Notes: generated by a model from the letters alone, not told the origin. Numbered from the stretch's first letter, positions 1 through 11,142 are shown. The stretch: 64,000 bases of DNA from Escherichia coli (GCF_013122565.1 NZ_CP053258.1), one strand, 5' to 3'. Numbers and translations: made by a program.

Positions 1-359
1 GCTGCCGCGCCATCTACTGCTTCTGAAACCGCCAGACAGTTGGCGTCATTTGCCAGCCGCACTTCCCGCTGCAACCGCGCGCTTAAGTCTTTATCGAATG
101 GCTGACCGTTGAGCCAGGTTGAATTGGCATTCTTCACCACACCGGTGTAGGGCGAAATCGAACCAGGAATGCCCATACCTACCGTTCCGCGCTGCCTTGT
201 CGCCTGCTCCGCCATATCAACCAACGTGGCGATCGTTTCAATAGTCTGCTGGTAATCATCACGCGGCGTGGGCAGACGATGACGGTACAACTGCTCCCCT
301 GCATCGCCCAGTGCAATCACTTCAGTTTTGGTGCCGCCTAAATCGATACCTATACGCAC
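1..359 (-). CDS. mak: Fructokinase/mannokinase Mak (ROK family), N-terminal part only; gene runs off the window start
   Basis: Reverse complement of 330-359 reads GTG CGT ATA GGT ATC GAT TTA GGC GGC ACC = (M)RIGIDLGGT, the ROK-kinase N-terminus. GTG start at 359. Absent from the ORF track because there is no in-window stop. Position next to rdgC matches the K-12 map. Confidence 0.7.
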   Translation of the reverse strand, partial: MRIGIDLGGTKTEVIALGDAGEQLYRHRLPTPRDDYQQTIETIATLVDMAEQATRQRGTVGMGIPGSISPYTGVVKNANSTWLNGQPFDKDLSARLQREVRLANDANCLAVSEAVDGAA

Positions 360-483
360 GGTACTCTCCTTATTTTTTTCAATATCAATAGCGTAGAGAC
401 GGACAACCGGATTGGCAATGCAAGGCCGCCGACAATTCGTTATCATGCCCGCTAAATTTAACGACAAGGCCGTGGAAATTATC

Positions 484-1395
484 ATGCTGTGGTTCAAAAA
501 TTTAATGGTTTACCGTCTTAGCCGCGAGATTTCGCTGCGTGCAGAAGAGATGGAAAAACAGCTAGCCTCGATGGCATTTACCCCATGCGGCAGCCAGGAC
601 ATGGCGAAGATGGGCTGGGTTCCTCCGATGGGATCGCACAGCGATGCGTTAACGCACGTTGCCAATGGTCAAATTGTTATCTGCGCGCGCAAAGAAGAAA
701 AAATCCTCCCGTCTCCGGTGATTAAACAGGCGCTGGAAGCGAAAATCGCCAAACTGGAAGCGAAACAGGCGCGTAAGCTGAAGAAAACCGAAAAAGATTC
801 GCTGAAAGACGAAGTGCTGCACTCTCTGCTGCCGCGTGCTTTCAGCCGTTTTAGCCAGACAATGATGTGGATCGACACGGTTAATGGTTTGATTATGGTG
901 GACTGCGCCAGTGCCAAAAAAGCGGAAGATACGCTGGCACTGCTGCGTAAAAGCCTGGGGTCGTTACCGGTTGTACCATTGAGCATGGAAAACCCGATTG
1001 AACTGACGCTGACCGAATGGGTTCGCTCCGGTAGCGCGGCACAGGGCTTCCAGTTGCTTGATGAAGCCGAGCTGAAATCGCTGCTGGAAGATGGCGGCGT
1101 GATCCGCGCGAAGAAACAAGATCTAACCAGCGAAGAGATCACCAATCACATCGAAGCCGGAAAAGTGGTGACTAAACTGGCGCTCGACTGGCAGCAGCGC
1201 ATTCAGTTTGTGATGTGCGACGATGGTTCGCTCAAGCGTCTGAAGTTCTGCGACGAGCTGCGCGATCAAAACGAAGATATCGACCGTGAAGATTTCGCCC
1301 AGCGTTTTGATGCCGATTTCATCCTGATGACTGGTGAACTGGCAGCGTTAATTCAAAACCTGATTGAAGGATTAGGTGGCGAAGCACAACGTTAA
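484..1395 (+). CDS. rdgC: Recombination-associated protein RdgC (303 aa)
   Basis: ORF 412-1395. The internal Met at 484 gives [12 protein letters not shown]..., the canonical RdgC N-terminus. The upstream 24 codons are probably an ORF-caller extension. Confidence 0.9.
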   Translation: MLWFKNLMVYRLSREISLRAEEMEKQLASMAFTPCGSQDMAKMGWVPPMGSHSDALTHVANGQIVICARKEEKILPSPVIKQALEAKIAKLEAKQARKLKKTEKDSLKDEVLHSLLPRAFSRFSQTMMWIDTVNGLIMVDCASAKKAEDTLALLRKSLGSLPVVPLSMENPIELTLTEWVRSGSAAQGFQLLDEAELKSLLEDGGVIRAKKQDLTSEEITNHIEAGKVVTKLALDWQQRIQFVMCDDGSLKRLKFCDELRDQNEDIDREDFAQRFDADFILMTGELAALIQNLIEGLGGEAQR

Positions 1396-1411
1396 TTGCT
1401 GATTTACCTTT

Positions 1412-1450
1412 AATGCCGGATGCGACGCCTGCCGCGTCTTATCCGGCATA
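1412..1450. repeat. REP-type extragenic palindrome (atgccggatgcgacgc...gcgtcttatccggcatac)
   Basis: Imperfect inverted repeat directly downstream of the rdgC stop; matches the enterobacterial REP family motif GCCGGATGCG...TTATCCGGC. Confidence 0.5.
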
Positions 1451-1472
1451 CGAAGCCACACCGGGCATATAA

Positions 1473-1928
1473 TTATTCGCTACGGCGGGCAATAATTTTT
1501 AGCGCAGCAATATTATGCGTTTCACGCCGTAACTGATCTAATCGCCTCATCCCTATTCGCCTGTCAGCAGCACGCAGAATATTCACTAACCCCCATTTAT
1601 CGCTGGTAAATTGTTTTGTTAACAGCTCCGCTTTTGGGGTATCAATATATTCACGCAATAAATCAGAAATTGAACAAATATCCGTCAGGTAAGGATACCA
1701 GCAAGTTTCACCGTGAAAATTACGCACTCCACCGTTACCTGCAATAAAGTCTTTCGGGTAATCCCAGATCACGTTTTTATCCAACGTGATCCAATAACGC
1801 GGTAAATCGGTGCTTCCACCATTTTGGCTGCGCATGGGATAACGGGTACAGTGAATTTGCAGGTTGATCGTTGGCGTCAGTAAGTCATAGATCTCCCGCT
1901 GTAACTTGCTCCAGGGGCGTTGTGTCAT
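1473..1928 (-). CDS. Hypothetical cytoplasmic protein, 151 aa (possibly the intact form of the locus annotated ykiA in K-12)
   Basis: ORF track 1473-1928. Start overlaps the stop of the upstream 762-aa ORF by 4 nt (ATGA), indicating translational coupling. No recognisable motif. Confidence 0.55.
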   Translation of the reverse strand: MTQRPWSKLQREIYDLLTPTINLQIHCTRYPMRSQNGGSTDLPRYWITLDKNVIWDYPKDFIAGNGGVRNFHGETCWYPYLTDICSISDLLREYIDTPKAELLTKQFTSDKWGLVNILRAADRRIGMRRLDQLRRETHNIAALKIIARRSE

Positions 1929-4213
1929 TGTTTTTCCTCAAGCCGGTGACGCGCTTCACTGCGAATTTTCCGCGTTGCCCCGGTTTTCACTAAATCCCGT
2001 AACTGCGAAAGATCGGGTTGATCGACAAATAAAAGTAATGATGGATCCTCTTTTAGCCACACCGTTTTCACATCGGCAGCCAGCTGTGGATTATTAATAG
2101 CCAGCGACCGATCCTGAGACTCAGTCAATGTCGTTAACAACGACGCCGGGGTATGTGCGTTGCGCAATGCCGTTTGGCGCAAATGATCATTGCGACTTTG
2201 CAGCAATGCACGCCACCATTCATCATCTGATTTATCTTTTATCGTAGCCAGTTCCGCAAAAATATCGCTATCCTCACGGTTCCAGCGGTGTAATCCTCTT
2301 TCACTTTGTCTACGGGTGCTATTTTTCATACTGACAACAGCCAGCGCCCAGTCAGAGTTGAAGCGATACTGTTGATCGAGTTTGTTGATAATTCCGGAAG
2401 GTAAATCTTTATTATCAAATAATTGGTTACGCATTCGATAGCGGTATTCAGCGGGTAAATCAACCAGTAAATCAATGGCATTATTTAACATCTCTTCGTC
2501 AACAACACCATTATCAATCAGCGCCAGCTGTACTTCGTAGGCTTGCTCTTGATCTTCTTGCCGTTTGCTCATCATTAAATTTAATGTGCGTTGCCATAAC
2601 TGTTTCTTATATTCCAGCGGCAATAATTTATCGCGTGCCAGCTCATCCCAGACGGTGGGAACATCATGCTGAGTCAGTAGATAACTAATCACTTCCTTCG
2701 ATGTCAGATAACGCGCACCTTCGCGTAAATTGTGCACATCTTCTTTTGCCAGAGACAGTTGACGCATCTCCGGCAACGCTATCAATAACTCCTTTACGAT
2801 ATTTTTATTTTCTTTATTATCCAGATACATTTGTTCTGCGATACGTTCAATATCCTCTGTACGCAGGGTTGCTGATAGTTGGGTAATTTTTAATTCAGTA
2901 AGCGTCCGGGCTAATGCTTCACGAACTTTCAGTGACTTATCTTTACTCAACATCACTGCTTGTTGTGCGGTTAAATCTGCTCCGGTAATTCTTTCACGTA
3001 ACTCCGGGTCTTCGTTATTTATCAACTCATCGGCCACTGCAGTCGGAACCAGCCAGGCGTAATCGTAATGGCTGAGTAATGTCTTGCGCACACTGAGAAA
3101 GGGGCTATGACTTAACGACGCAACAATATCTGGAGAAAGATTATCCTGTCTGGCCTGCTCCAGCTGTACACTCTCGACGGGTACAGACATTAATTTTTTA
3201 TTCACTTCAGCAGAAATATTACTGTTTTTAATCAGCCCTCTGGCAACAGCCTCATCTTTAATTAATTCATCGGTAAGCAAATGCATCTGCTGAGCAGGCC
3301 AGGACTGCGCCATCGATTCACGCGTCTGGTCATCGGGGTGCTGTAACAGTTGCAGCATAACGACGGGTGATAAACTCTCAATATGAGTCAGAAAACGTGC
3401 CACCAGTGGATCTTGATGCTTTATTTTATTCGCAGGGAAATTATCGAGTTTCCCCGTTTCAATCCATTTTAATTTCTCATTAATTTCAGGAGCGGCTTTA
3501 TCGCGAAAAAGAGGTAAACCCTGAACGATGTTGTCTGCGACGCTATCATAGTCAGGATACGCATTGGAAATATTATCGGTTTCGATTTCAGTGTGATCAT
3601 AAAGATCAGCAGTCACCAGTGAATAGGCTTTTTGGATATTCTCATCCCAGTTATATCTTTCACCACTTTCATCTTCATTGATATAAAATTCAGCTTTGAT
3701 GACCTCAAATTGCGTTGCTTTATCGGAAACAATAATGCCTCGCGCGCTAATTCCCTTCATCACTTCAAAGTTATGATCATTGTAATCAGCATAAACTAAA
3801 CCTTTCGCTGTCATCTGTCCTTTGACATATGCGAAATCATGATTAATAAAATTATCGACAATAACATTACCTAATACAATCAGATGACCATTACCTGACA
3901 GATAATCATCATAATCGCCTGAAATCGTTAAATTACCGTTCACCACCAGTTTATTTTGATTGCTGAAGTTAGCGGGTAATGACAGGTCACCATTATGATA
4001 ATACCAGCGGATATTATCTTTTAGCATATAAGCAGCTTCCATACTATCGTCGGTTGCCGCTTTAACCACGTTGCGCTCATCTGCCGTCATAAGATGAAAG
4101 TCAGAGGTGATAAGGTCCTCGCTACTGATCCACTCTGTGGCACATGCATTGCCAGTCATAAAAATTACGACCATACAGATGACCAATATATTAATTCCAT
4201 TCATAATCTTCAC
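1925..4213 (-). CDS. Hypothetical secreted protein, 762 aa, N-terminal signal peptide, repeat-rich
   Basis: ORF track 1925-4213. N-terminus MKIMNGINILVICMVVIFMTGNACA-TEW looks like a Sec signal peptide with an A-x-A site. N-terminal third has G/N/D-rich beta-strand-like repeats (LVVNGNLTISGDYDD..GNGHLIVLGNVIV). C-terminal two thirds are helical repeats resembling HEAT/leucine-rich-variant repeats. Region is visibly AT-rich versus flanks. Start (GTG 4213 or ATG 4204) uncertain. Confidence 0.55.
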   Translation of the reverse strand: MKIMNGINILVICMVVIFMTGNACATEWISSEDLITSDFHLMTADERNVVKAATDDSMEAAYMLKDNIRWYYHNGDLSLPANFSNQNKLVVNGNLTISGDYDDYLSGNGHLIVLGNVIVDNFINHDFAYVKGQMTAKGLVYADYNDHNFEVMKGISARGIIVSDKATQFEVIKAEFYINEDESGERYNWDENIQKAYSLVTADLYDHTEIETDNISNAYPDYDSVADNIVQGLPLFRDKAAPEINEKLKWIETGKLDNFPANKIKHQDPLVARFLTHIESLSPVVMLQLLQHPDDQTRESMAQSWPAQQMHLLTDELIKDEAVARGLIKNSNISAEVNKKLMSVPVESVQLEQARQDNLSPDIVASLSHSPFLSVRKTLLSHYDYAWLVPTAVADELINNEDPELRERITGADLTAQQAVMLSKDKSLKVREALARTLTELKITQLSATLRTEDIERIAEQMYLDNKENKNIVKELLIALPEMRQLSLAKEDVHNLREGARYLTSKEVISYLLTQHDVPTVWDELARDKLLPLEYKKQLWQRTLNLMMSKRQEDQEQAYEVQLALIDNGVVDEEMLNNAIDLLVDLPAEYRYRMRNQLFDNKDLPSGIINKLDQQYRFNSDWALAVVSMKNSTRRQSERGLHRWNREDSDIFAELATIKDKSDDEWWRALLQSRNDHLRQTALRNAHTPASLLTTLTESQDRSLAINNPQLAADVKTVWLKEDPSLLLFVDQPDLSQLRDLVKTGATRKIRSEARHRLEEKQ

Positions 4214-4347
4214 TGATATTTATATCAACCTTGATGAATTATGAATATATCGGAAATCGAAAAAATCGCAGCAAAGGAAATATTATTATGGGGTTATGAG
4301 AGGACATTTCAGAAAAATGCCCTCCCGTTCAAGGGGAAGGCGAGGAA

Positions 4348-4632
4348 TTACAGATAGCGGCACAGATAAGAGGTGGGTTCGGCAACTTGCAGATGAAACT
4401 CGCTGTGACCGGGAACATTAAACACCGAACCGGCTTCATACACTTGCCAGTCGGTCGCGTCAGGCAGTAACACATTCAGCGCGCCACTGATTACCGTCAT
4501 CTCTTCCGGCTCAGCGGTGCTGAAGGTGTATTCGCCTTCAACCATAACACCCACGCTGGCGCGACCAGTGCTGCTGCTGGAAAAGCCGATCGATTTCACT
4601 TTGCCGGAAAAGTACTCATTACTTTGAAGCAT
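4348..4632 (-). CDS. ppnP: Pyrimidine/purine nucleoside phosphorylase PpnP (YaiE), 94 aa
   Basis: Translation [17 protein letters not shown]... matches PpnP; position next to aroM. Confidence 0.9.
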
Positions 4633-4703
4633 AAACTGGCCCTGTCTGGTAGTTGAACATCTACTTCACTATAGGGGCCAGAGGCGCTGACTGTCACGCA
4701 AAA

Positions 4704-5381
4704 TTACACCAGTAATTCCGCTGCCAGCCGTGCAATCAATACGTTAGACAGCAAGACAGGAACATCGAGCTGTTTTTGCAGTAAATCGCGATGACGTTGG
4801 TGAAATCCTAAACAATCCAGCATGATGACATCAGCCCCTTTTGCCAGTAATTCTTTCCCGGCATCAATGATTTTTTGTTCTGAATCATGAATGGGGTTAC
4901 CCAATGAAAATACCGGCGATTTCTGCAAAATTTGCCATTTTTGCGCCTGAACGGGCAGCATCTCCTCAACCGGAACGATAACCCCCACCTGATGATCTTC
5001 AACAATAGAGGAAACCAGTGGAGGCAATATTCGTGACGGCTCAAGAAAGATCGTATTACGCGCAGTCATACTACTAATGTTTGCTGTACTCATTAATAAA
5101 ATGACGTCATAACCCTGATTATCGAGCACTTCAACCACACCTTGCAGGTCTTGCTCCACTTTACGACGCGAAACATGGGCCAGCTGGTTGTCATTTAATA
5201 ATGTGAGAATGGTGTCTTCGCCTGCTTCTGGCGCGTACTCCGCCATCACTTCTTCACGACTTAACTTCCCCAGCAGGCTATGATGGGAAATATTATCTTC
5301 GTCAATGTATTCCGTCAGGAGCGGCAAAACTTCCTGCATAGGTACAATGCCGATGGTCAGGATCGCCAACGACGCACTCAT
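4704..5381 (-). CDS. aroM: AroM protein (225 aa)
   Basis: Length and translation match AroM; part of the aroL-yaiA-aroM arrangement. Confidence 0.85.
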   Translation of the reverse strand: MSASLAILTIGIVPMQEVLPLLTEYIDEDNISHHSLLGKLSREEVMAEYAPEAGEDTILTLLNDNQLAHVSRRKVEQDLQGVVEVLDNQGYDVILLMSTANISSMTARNTIFLEPSRILPPLVSSIVEDHQVGVIVPVEEMLPVQAQKWQILQKSPVFSLGNPIHDSEQKIIDAGKELLAKGADVIMLDCLGFHQRHRDLLQKQLDVPVLLSNVLIARLAAELLV

Positions 5382-5638
5382 TGTTCATCCACCTTACTTT
5401 TCTTTCGTCGTTAATTACCGGGCAAGTGTGAAACACCACTGCTGACACTTACTTGTGCTACAAATGACAAAAAGCGTAGCAGCAGACGTGCACGGCATAA
5501 TGTAAAGATTCCAAATGATTCCAGTAATGGATTGTTATTGTTTAATATTCTAATTATTAGAAAAACATGAATAATGAAAAATGTGACGCAGATCCCTTGT
5601 AGTGGCACTCAGAATCCCTTCCGAGCAGTCTGATGCGG

Positions 5639-5839
<201 letters not shown>

Positions 5840-5879
5840 TTATTTCACGGGATGAACGTTAAGTATAGGCGCTCTAAAA

Positions 5880-6404
5880 TCAACAATTGATCGTCTGTGC
5901 CAGGGCGCTACGAATTTCAGAAATCACCTGGCTGGGTTCGTTTGTTGCGTCGATGATAATATGCGCAACTTCGCGATATAGCGCATCGCGTTCTTCCAGC
6001 ACTTCCTGAACTTCTTCGCTCAGCGGTTTTCCCGTTAAGGTTGGCCGTAAATCTTCTTCCGGTGCAGCTTGCAGTCGGTTAACCAGGACTGAAACTGGCG
6101 CACACAAATAAACCACGATTCCGTTATTTTGCATGAAGCGACGATTAAATTCCGTCAGAATAATGCCGCCCCCCGTGGCGATAACGGTGGATGGCGCAGT
6201 TACCGCTTCCAGCGCCGCCGTTTCTCTGGCGCGAAATCCCGCCCACTCTTCCCTTTCGACGATCTCCGCGACCGTCATACTGAGCTGTGATTGCAACCAC
6301 TGGTCGGTATCGACAAACCGACGGTTAAGCGAATCGGCAAGGGCCATTCCGACCGTTGTTTTACCACAGCCCCGAGGCCCGATCAGAAAAAGAGGTTGTG
6401 TCAT
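5880..6404 (-). CDS. aroL: Shikimate kinase II (174 aa)
   Basis: P-loop GPRGCGKTT and shikimate kinase fold; [19 protein letters not shown] matches AroL. Confidence 0.95.
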   Translation of the reverse strand: MTQPLFLIGPRGCGKTTVGMALADSLNRRFVDTDQWLQSQLSMTVAEIVEREEWAGFRARETAALEAVTAPSTVIATGGGIILTEFNRRFMQNNGIVVYLCAPVSVLVNRLQAAPEEDLRPTLTGKPLSEEVQEVLEERDALYREVAHIIIDATNEPSQVISEIRSALAQTINC

Positions 6405-6491
6405 CGTGGGTTTTCCCCAATAGGTCGCAATGCGGCGAAAGCCGGTATCATGAGAATAGCGATCATACCATCAAACTAGTACAATTTCGAT

Positions 6492-6585
6492 TGTAAAGAA
6501 AAAATTACACTTAAAGTGAAAATCTCAATACATCCCTTACTATACCAATAAATATTCAAGAATGAAGTGTAAATAATAAATTACA
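6492..6585 (-). promoter_or_regulatory. aroL promoter region with two TyrR-box-like palindromes (TGTAAA-N6-ATTACA)
   Basis: tgtaaagaaaaaattaca at 6492-6509 and tgtaaataataaattaca at 6568-6585, 88-180 nt upstream of the aroL start; one mismatch each to the TyrR consensus TGTAAA-N6-TTTACA. Confidence 0.5.
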
Positions 6586-6586
6586 T

Positions 6587-7045
6587 TTAGCCACGACTAC
6601 GTTGCACTTCCAGCCACCACTTATCCAGCTCCGCAGCAAAGGCCTGGCGGTCACGTTGTGAAAGGCTATCTGGTCCGCCGGTCTGGATCCCACTGGCACG
6701 TAAGGTATCCATAAAATCGCGCATCGTCAGGCGCTCACGAATGGTCGCTGGCGTGTAACGTTCACCGCGCGGATTAAGCGCCGCAGCGCCTTTCTCGATG
6801 GCTTCAGCAGCCAAAGGTATATCTGCGGTGATCACCAAATCGCCCGCTTCACACTGCCGGACAATTTCGTTATCGGCAACGTCGAAACCTGCCGCGACGC
6901 GCAGCGTACGAATAAATCGCGATGGCGGCACGCGTAAACTCTGGTTTGCTACCAGTACCAGCGGCATCTGCATACGTTCCGCCGCGCGATACAAAATCTC
7001 TTTAATTACATTGGGACACGCGTCAGCATCCACCCAAATTGTCAT
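6587..7045 (-). CDS. yaiI: UPF0178 family protein YaiI (152 aa)
   Basis: ORF track 6587-7165 is N-terminally extended. Internal Met at 7045 gives [18 protein letters not shown]..., the YaiI N-terminus. Confidence 0.8.
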   Translation of the reverse strand: MTIWVDADACPNVIKEILYRAAERMQMPLVLVANQSLRVPPSRFIRTLRVAAGFDVADNEIVRQCEAGDLVITADIPLAAEAIEKGAAALNPRGERYTPATIRERLTMRDFMDTLRASGIQTGGPDSLSQRDRQAFAAELDKWWLEVQRSRG

Positions 7046-7164
7046 AAAGTCATCCTTTGTTGGGTAATCCTCTATTGTGTCGCGCTTTTGCCTTCCGGCA
7101 TAGTTCTGTTTATGCTTCTGCCAGCGATTATCAAAACAATGAATTTCACGGCAGGAGTGAGGCA

Positions 7165-7974
7165 ATGGAAAAGAAAATCGGTTTTATTGGCTGCGGCAAT
7201 ATGGGAAAAGCCATTCTCGGCGGTCTGATTGCCAGCGGTCAGATGCTTCCAGGGCAAATCTGGGTATATACCCCCTCCCCGGATAAAGTCGCCGCCCTGC
7301 ATGACCAGTTCGGCATCAACGCCGCAGAATCGGCGCAAGAAGTGGCGCAAATCGCCGACATCATTTTTGCCGCCGTTAAACCTGGCATCATGATTAAAGT
7401 GCTTAGCGAAATCACCTCCAGCCTGAATAAAGACTCTCTGGTCGTTTCTATTGCTGCAGGTATCACACTCGACCAGCTTGCCCGCGCACTGGGCCATGAC
7501 CGGAAAATTATCCGCGCCATGCCGAACACTCCCGCGCTGGTTAATGCCGGGATGACCTCCGTAACGCCAAACGCGCTGGTAACCCCAGAAGATACCGCTG
7601 ATGTGCTGAATATTTTCCGCTGCTTTGGCGAAGCGGAAGTGATTGCTGAGCCGATGATCCACCCGGTGGTCGGTGTGAGCGGTTCTTCGCCAGCCTACGT
7701 TTTTATGTTTATCGAAGCGATGGCCGACGCCGCCGTGCTCGGCGGGATGCCACGCGCCCAGGCGTATAAATTTGCCGCTCAGGCGGTAATGGGTTCCGCA
7801 AAAATGGTGCTGGAAACGGGAGAACATCCGGGGGCACTGAAAGATATGGTCTGCTCACCGGGAGGCACCACCATTGAAGCGGTACGCGTACTGGAAGAGA
7901 AAGGCTTCCGTGCCGCAGTGATCGAAGCGATGACGAAGTGTATGGAAAAATCAGAAAAACTCAGCAAATCCTGA
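7165..7974 (+). CDS. proC: Pyrroline-5-carboxylate reductase (269 aa)
   Basis: ORF track 7057-7974. Internal start at 7165 gives [21 protein letters not shown] (NADP Rossmann motif), the ProC N-terminus. Confidence 0.9.
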   Translation: MEKKIGFIGCGNMGKAILGGLIASGQMLPGQIWVYTPSPDKVAALHDQFGINAAESAQEVAQIADIIFAAVKPGIMIKVLSEITSSLNKDSLVVSIAAGITLDQLARALGHDRKIIRAMPNTPALVNAGMTSVTPNALVTPEDTADVLNIFRCFGEAEVIAEPMIHPVVGVSGSSPAYVFMFIEAMADAAVLGGMPRAQAYKFAAQAVMGSAKMVLETGEHPGALKDMVCSPGGTTIEAVRVLEEKGFRAAVIEAMTKCMEKSEKLSKS

Positions 7975-7990
7975 TGACTTTCGCCGGACG

Positions 7991-9106
7991 TCAGGCCGCC
8001 ACTTCGGTGCGGTTACGTCCGGCTTTCTTTGCTTTGTAAAGCGCCAAATCTGCCGATTTCAACCACTCACGATAGTGACTCATTTGTGGGTTCAGCGGCG
8101 CAACCCCCACACTAATCCGTAAAGTTACCTGTGGCGTATTCGGCAAGCGTAACGTGTTTAGCCCTTCATGCACCCGTAACATGGCGGTAATGGCGCTCTC
8201 AGCTGGCGTACCGGACATGATTACTGCAAACTCATCGCCGCCAAACCGACCAATCACATCGCTACCGCGCAGGGTAATTTGTAATTGTCGGGTAAGCGCC
8301 ACAATCGCCTCATCACCCACATCATGACCCCAGGTATCGTTGATGCTCTTGAAATGGTCGATGTCGATAATCAGTAACGTTGCATCGCGATTATGCCGCC
8401 GACAGTTATCAAATTCATTGCGTAACATAGTTTCCCAATGACGTCGGTTATACACGCCCGTCATACCGTCGCGGGTACTCATGACCTGCAACCTGCGTTT
8501 ATGTTCCGCCAGTTTGGTTGCCGTCTGGTAGCTGACCCAGCCAAACAGCAGAGGATAAATGACAATAATGGGAAGGGAGAGCCACCATTCCAGCGGCGCA
8601 CTATTGAACGACACGGTGATGCCCGTCAGCTCGAGGGTGACAAGGCAGGAAACCACCATCAACACCAGACCCGCGACAAACAGACGGGGGCCGCCTGCCC
8701 CCATCAAATTCAGACACATAATCATCAACATCGCGGTGGAAGGCAGCACGTTTACGCCCATTACGCCTACCCACATTCCCGCTAATACTGCATCGGTTTT
8801 TAAGTTGTAAATTTCCCGGCTAAGCGGATCGACGGCCCTGCTCGCTATCTGCCAGGCTAAATGCGGCCAGACGAACGCCCAGCCGACCAACACCAGCCAC
8901 CACCAGCCCGGCGGCGGGTGCGAAACCAGCGTTGAAGCAATCGGTAAGAACATGCCAGCCAGGCCAACCGCACGGGGTAGTCTGACGCGACGGGCGAAGC
9001 GCAGCCCGGACCGCTGATGTTCATTTTGAGGAGTTAAAGGAGGTTCCTCCCCATGCGACGCCGCTTTTTTGAAAAAGTTTTCATCATTCATTATTTTTGG
9101 GAACAT
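7991..9106 (-). CDS. dgcC: Diguanylate cyclase DgcC (AdrA/YaiC), MASE2 membrane domain + GGDEF
   Basis: 371 aa with multiple TM helices and a C-terminal GGDEF domain (RFGGDEFAVIM motif). Confidence 0.9.
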   Translation of the reverse strand: MFPKIMNDENFFKKAASHGEEPPLTPQNEHQRSGLRFARRVRLPRAVGLAGMFLPIASTLVSHPPPGWWWLVLVGWAFVWPHLAWQIASRAVDPLSREIYNLKTDAVLAGMWVGVMGVNVLPSTAMLMIMCLNLMGAGGPRLFVAGLVLMVVSCLVTLELTGITVSFNSAPLEWWLSLPIIVIYPLLFGWVSYQTATKLAEHKRRLQVMSTRDGMTGVYNRRHWETMLRNEFDNCRRHNRDATLLIIDIDHFKSINDTWGHDVGDEAIVALTRQLQITLRGSDVIGRFGGDEFAVIMSGTPAESAITAMLRVHEGLNTLRLPNTPQVTLRISVGVAPLNPQMSHYREWLKSADLALYKAKKAGRNRTEVAA

Positions 9107-9207
9107 TCAGAAACAATTTTCCCAAATTATAGAGACGGGGCTAAAGGCTGAAGTATGAAATTTCGGGTGAGCCATTTTCGTAGCTCACCCGTTAGCACTA
9201 TCAGGTA

Positions 9208-9528
9208 TCAGGCGGCTTTCTTGAGGCAGGCACTCATAAACTTATTACGATCATCACCTTTCAGAGATTGCTGCGTTGCTTGATTATTACATTCACGCAT
9301 CTTTTGCTGCTGTGGCGTCAAACTTTTTTCACCAGGCGCAGACTTACTGTTCTTCAGGCAATCACTCATGTAGGTCTTACGAGCATCCCCTTTCAACGCC
9401 TGCGCCGTCGCCTGCTGATTACAGGAGGTCATACGCTGTTGTTGTGGGGTTAAGGTTCTCTCGGCAGCGCCGACGGTGGTTAAAAAAACCAGACCGAAAA
9501 GCAAGGTAACCAGTAATGTAATTTTCAT
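9208..9528 (-). CDS. psiF: Phosphate starvation-inducible protein PsiF (106 aa)
   Basis: Signal peptide MKITLLVTLLFGLVFLTTVGAA plus two tandem TPQQQ(R/K)M..CN.QA repeats; directly downstream of phoA. Confidence 0.85.
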   Translation of the reverse strand: MKITLLVTLLFGLVFLTTVGAAERTLTPQQQRMTSCNQQATAQALKGDARKTYMSDCLKNSKSAPGEKSLTPQQQKMRECNNQATQQSLKGDDRNKFMSACLKKAA

Positions 9529-9602
9529 AGCACCATCCCTCTTCATGTTTTCACCATGAGCGTATGCGCCCGTGATCTGCCATTAAGTCTGGTTGCTAAC
9601 AG

Positions 9603-9639
9603 CAAAAAAACCACCCGGCAGCGAAAATTCACTGCCGGG
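9603..9639 (-). terminator. Rho-independent terminator downstream of phoA
   Basis: 8-bp stem cccggcag/ctgccggg with a 10-nt loop, followed on the minus strand by a T-run (tggttttttt). Confidence 0.55.
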
Positions 9640-9646
9640 AGCGGTT

Positions 9647-11062
9647 TTATTTCAGCCCCAGAGCGGCTTTCATGGTGTAGAAGAGATCGGTCTGGTCGGT
9701 CAGTCCAACGACATTGGCGGCATGCGGGCCATACGCCGCAATACGCAACTGACTGCCGGTATGTTCTTGTGAATCCTCTTCGGAGTTCCCGTAGCTCATC
9801 ACCATCACTGCGCCATCTTTGGTATTTAGCGCCTGGGTGAGGCCCGGAGCTTTGGTATCCGGCGCAACAATCTGGCTGGCGTGGGCGTGATCAGCGGTGA
9901 CTATGACCAACGTGTTACCCTCCTTTTTAGCGAATTCCAGCGCCCGTTGTACGGCTTCATCGAGATCGACCGTCTCGCCAATTTGCCCACAAGGATTCGC
10001 AGCATGATCCTGTTTATCGATTGACGCACCTTCAACTTGCAGGAAAAAGCCTTTCTCATTTTTACTCAACAATTCAATGGCTTTGTCGGTCATCTGCGCC
10101 AGGGTCGGTACACTGTCATTACGTTGCGGATTAGGCGTACAGGTGACTGCGGGCTTATCGATATTGCCGTGGTACGTTGCTTTCGGTCCTAGCCAGCGCA
10201 CTGGCATATTGCCGTCAGCAAACAGGCCAAGCAGGGGTTTTTGCTGATTCGCTTCCGTCACCGCATTTAGCGAGGCGGCATCGTTCACCAACTGATAACC
10301 ACGCGCCTGTGCCTGTTCACGCAGCGTTTTTCCCTGCCATTCACCTGCGGTTGCCGTTTCAGCAAAGGTTTTTGCGCCGCCGCCAAGCGTAACGTCGGCA
10401 CGAGCGTTAAGCAGCTGTTCGGTAATCGATCCTTTTCCGCCTTTTTCCAGAGCGTTACCCGGACATTTTTCACTGGTCGCGCTCGGACCGTAGCATTTGC
10501 GCGAGGTCACATGCGCCACCAGCGCGGCGGGCGTGGCATCCTGCAACTCTGCGGTAGAAACGTTACCGGTCGCCAGACCTGCGGCTTTTGCCATTTCCAG
10601 AATCGTTGGGTGATCTTTTTCGTGAATATCGACGCCCAGCGCACCGTTATAGGTTTTGACACCGGTTGACCAGGCGGTTGCTGATGCAGCCGAGTCGGTG
10701 ACGTAGTCCGGTTTGCCGGTTTTTTTATTCAGCGCATAGTGTGTGTATTGTCCGGTAAGCGGTAAGGCATCGATACCTTTAAAAAAGCCGCCCGCACCTT
10801 CAGCATAATTGCGTGCGGCAGTAATTTCCGAATCCCCCATCCCATCGCCAATCAGCAAAATAATATTTTTTACAGGTTTATCGCTAAGAGAATCACGCAG
10901 AGCGGCGGTCTGGTCACCCGTTAAACGGCGAGCACCGCCGGGTGCAGTAATATCGCCCTGAGCAGCCCGGTTTTCCAGAACAGGCATTTCTGGTGTCCGG
11001 GCTTTTGTCACAGGGGAAAACAGTAACGGTAAGAGTGCCAGTGCAATAGTGCTTTGTTTCAC
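9647..11062 (-). CDS. phoA: Alkaline phosphatase PhoA (471 aa, GTG start)
   Basis: Translation from the GTG at 11062 gives [15 protein letters not shown]..., the PhoA signal peptide. Preceded by SD GGAGAAAATAAA. Active-site motif DSAASAT present. Confidence 0.95.
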   Translation of the reverse strand: MKQSTIALALLPLLFSPVTKARTPEMPVLENRAAQGDITAPGGARRLTGDQTAALRDSLSDKPVKNIILLIGDGMGDSEITAARNYAEGAGGFFKGIDALPLTGQYTHYALNKKTGKPDYVTDSAASATAWSTGVKTYNGALGVDIHEKDHPTILEMAKAAGLATGNVSTAELQDATPAALVAHVTSRKCYGPSATSEKCPGNALEKGGKGSITEQLLNARADVTLGGGAKTFAETATAGEWQGKTLREQAQARGYQLVNDAASLNAVTEANQQKPLLGLFADGNMPVRWLGPKATYHGNIDKPAVTCTPNPQRNDSVPTLAQMTDKAIELLSKNEKGFFLQVEGASIDKQDHAANPCGQIGETVDLDEAVQRALEFAKKEGNTLVIVTADHAHASQIVAPDTKAPGLTQALNTKDGAVMVMSYGNSEEDSQEHTGSQLRIAAYGPHAANVVGLTDQTDLFYTMKAALGLK

Positions 11063-11124
11063 TTTATTTTCTCCATGTACAAATACATTAAAAAATAAAA
11101 ACAAAGCAACTATAAGTATCGGCC

Positions 11125-11142
11125 GTGACAGCTTTATGACAG
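11125..11142 (-). promoter_or_regulatory. Pho box (PhoB binding site) of the phoA promoter
   Basis: Minus-strand sequence CTGTCATAAAGCTGTCAC matches the Pho box consensus (two CTGTCA direct repeats), ~65 nt upstream of the phoA start. Confidence 0.65.

Noticed and set aside
669..1145. 158-aa minus-strand ORF inside rdgC
   Set aside because: Embedded antisense in rdgC; Ser-rich low-complexity translation; no ribosome-binding site.
7045..7165. Apparent overlap of the yaiI and proC ORFs in the track
   Set aside because: Both track ORFs are extended upstream of their real starts. With starts at 7045 (yaiI) and 7165 (proC) the genes are divergent and separated by a 119-bp promoter region, not overlapping.
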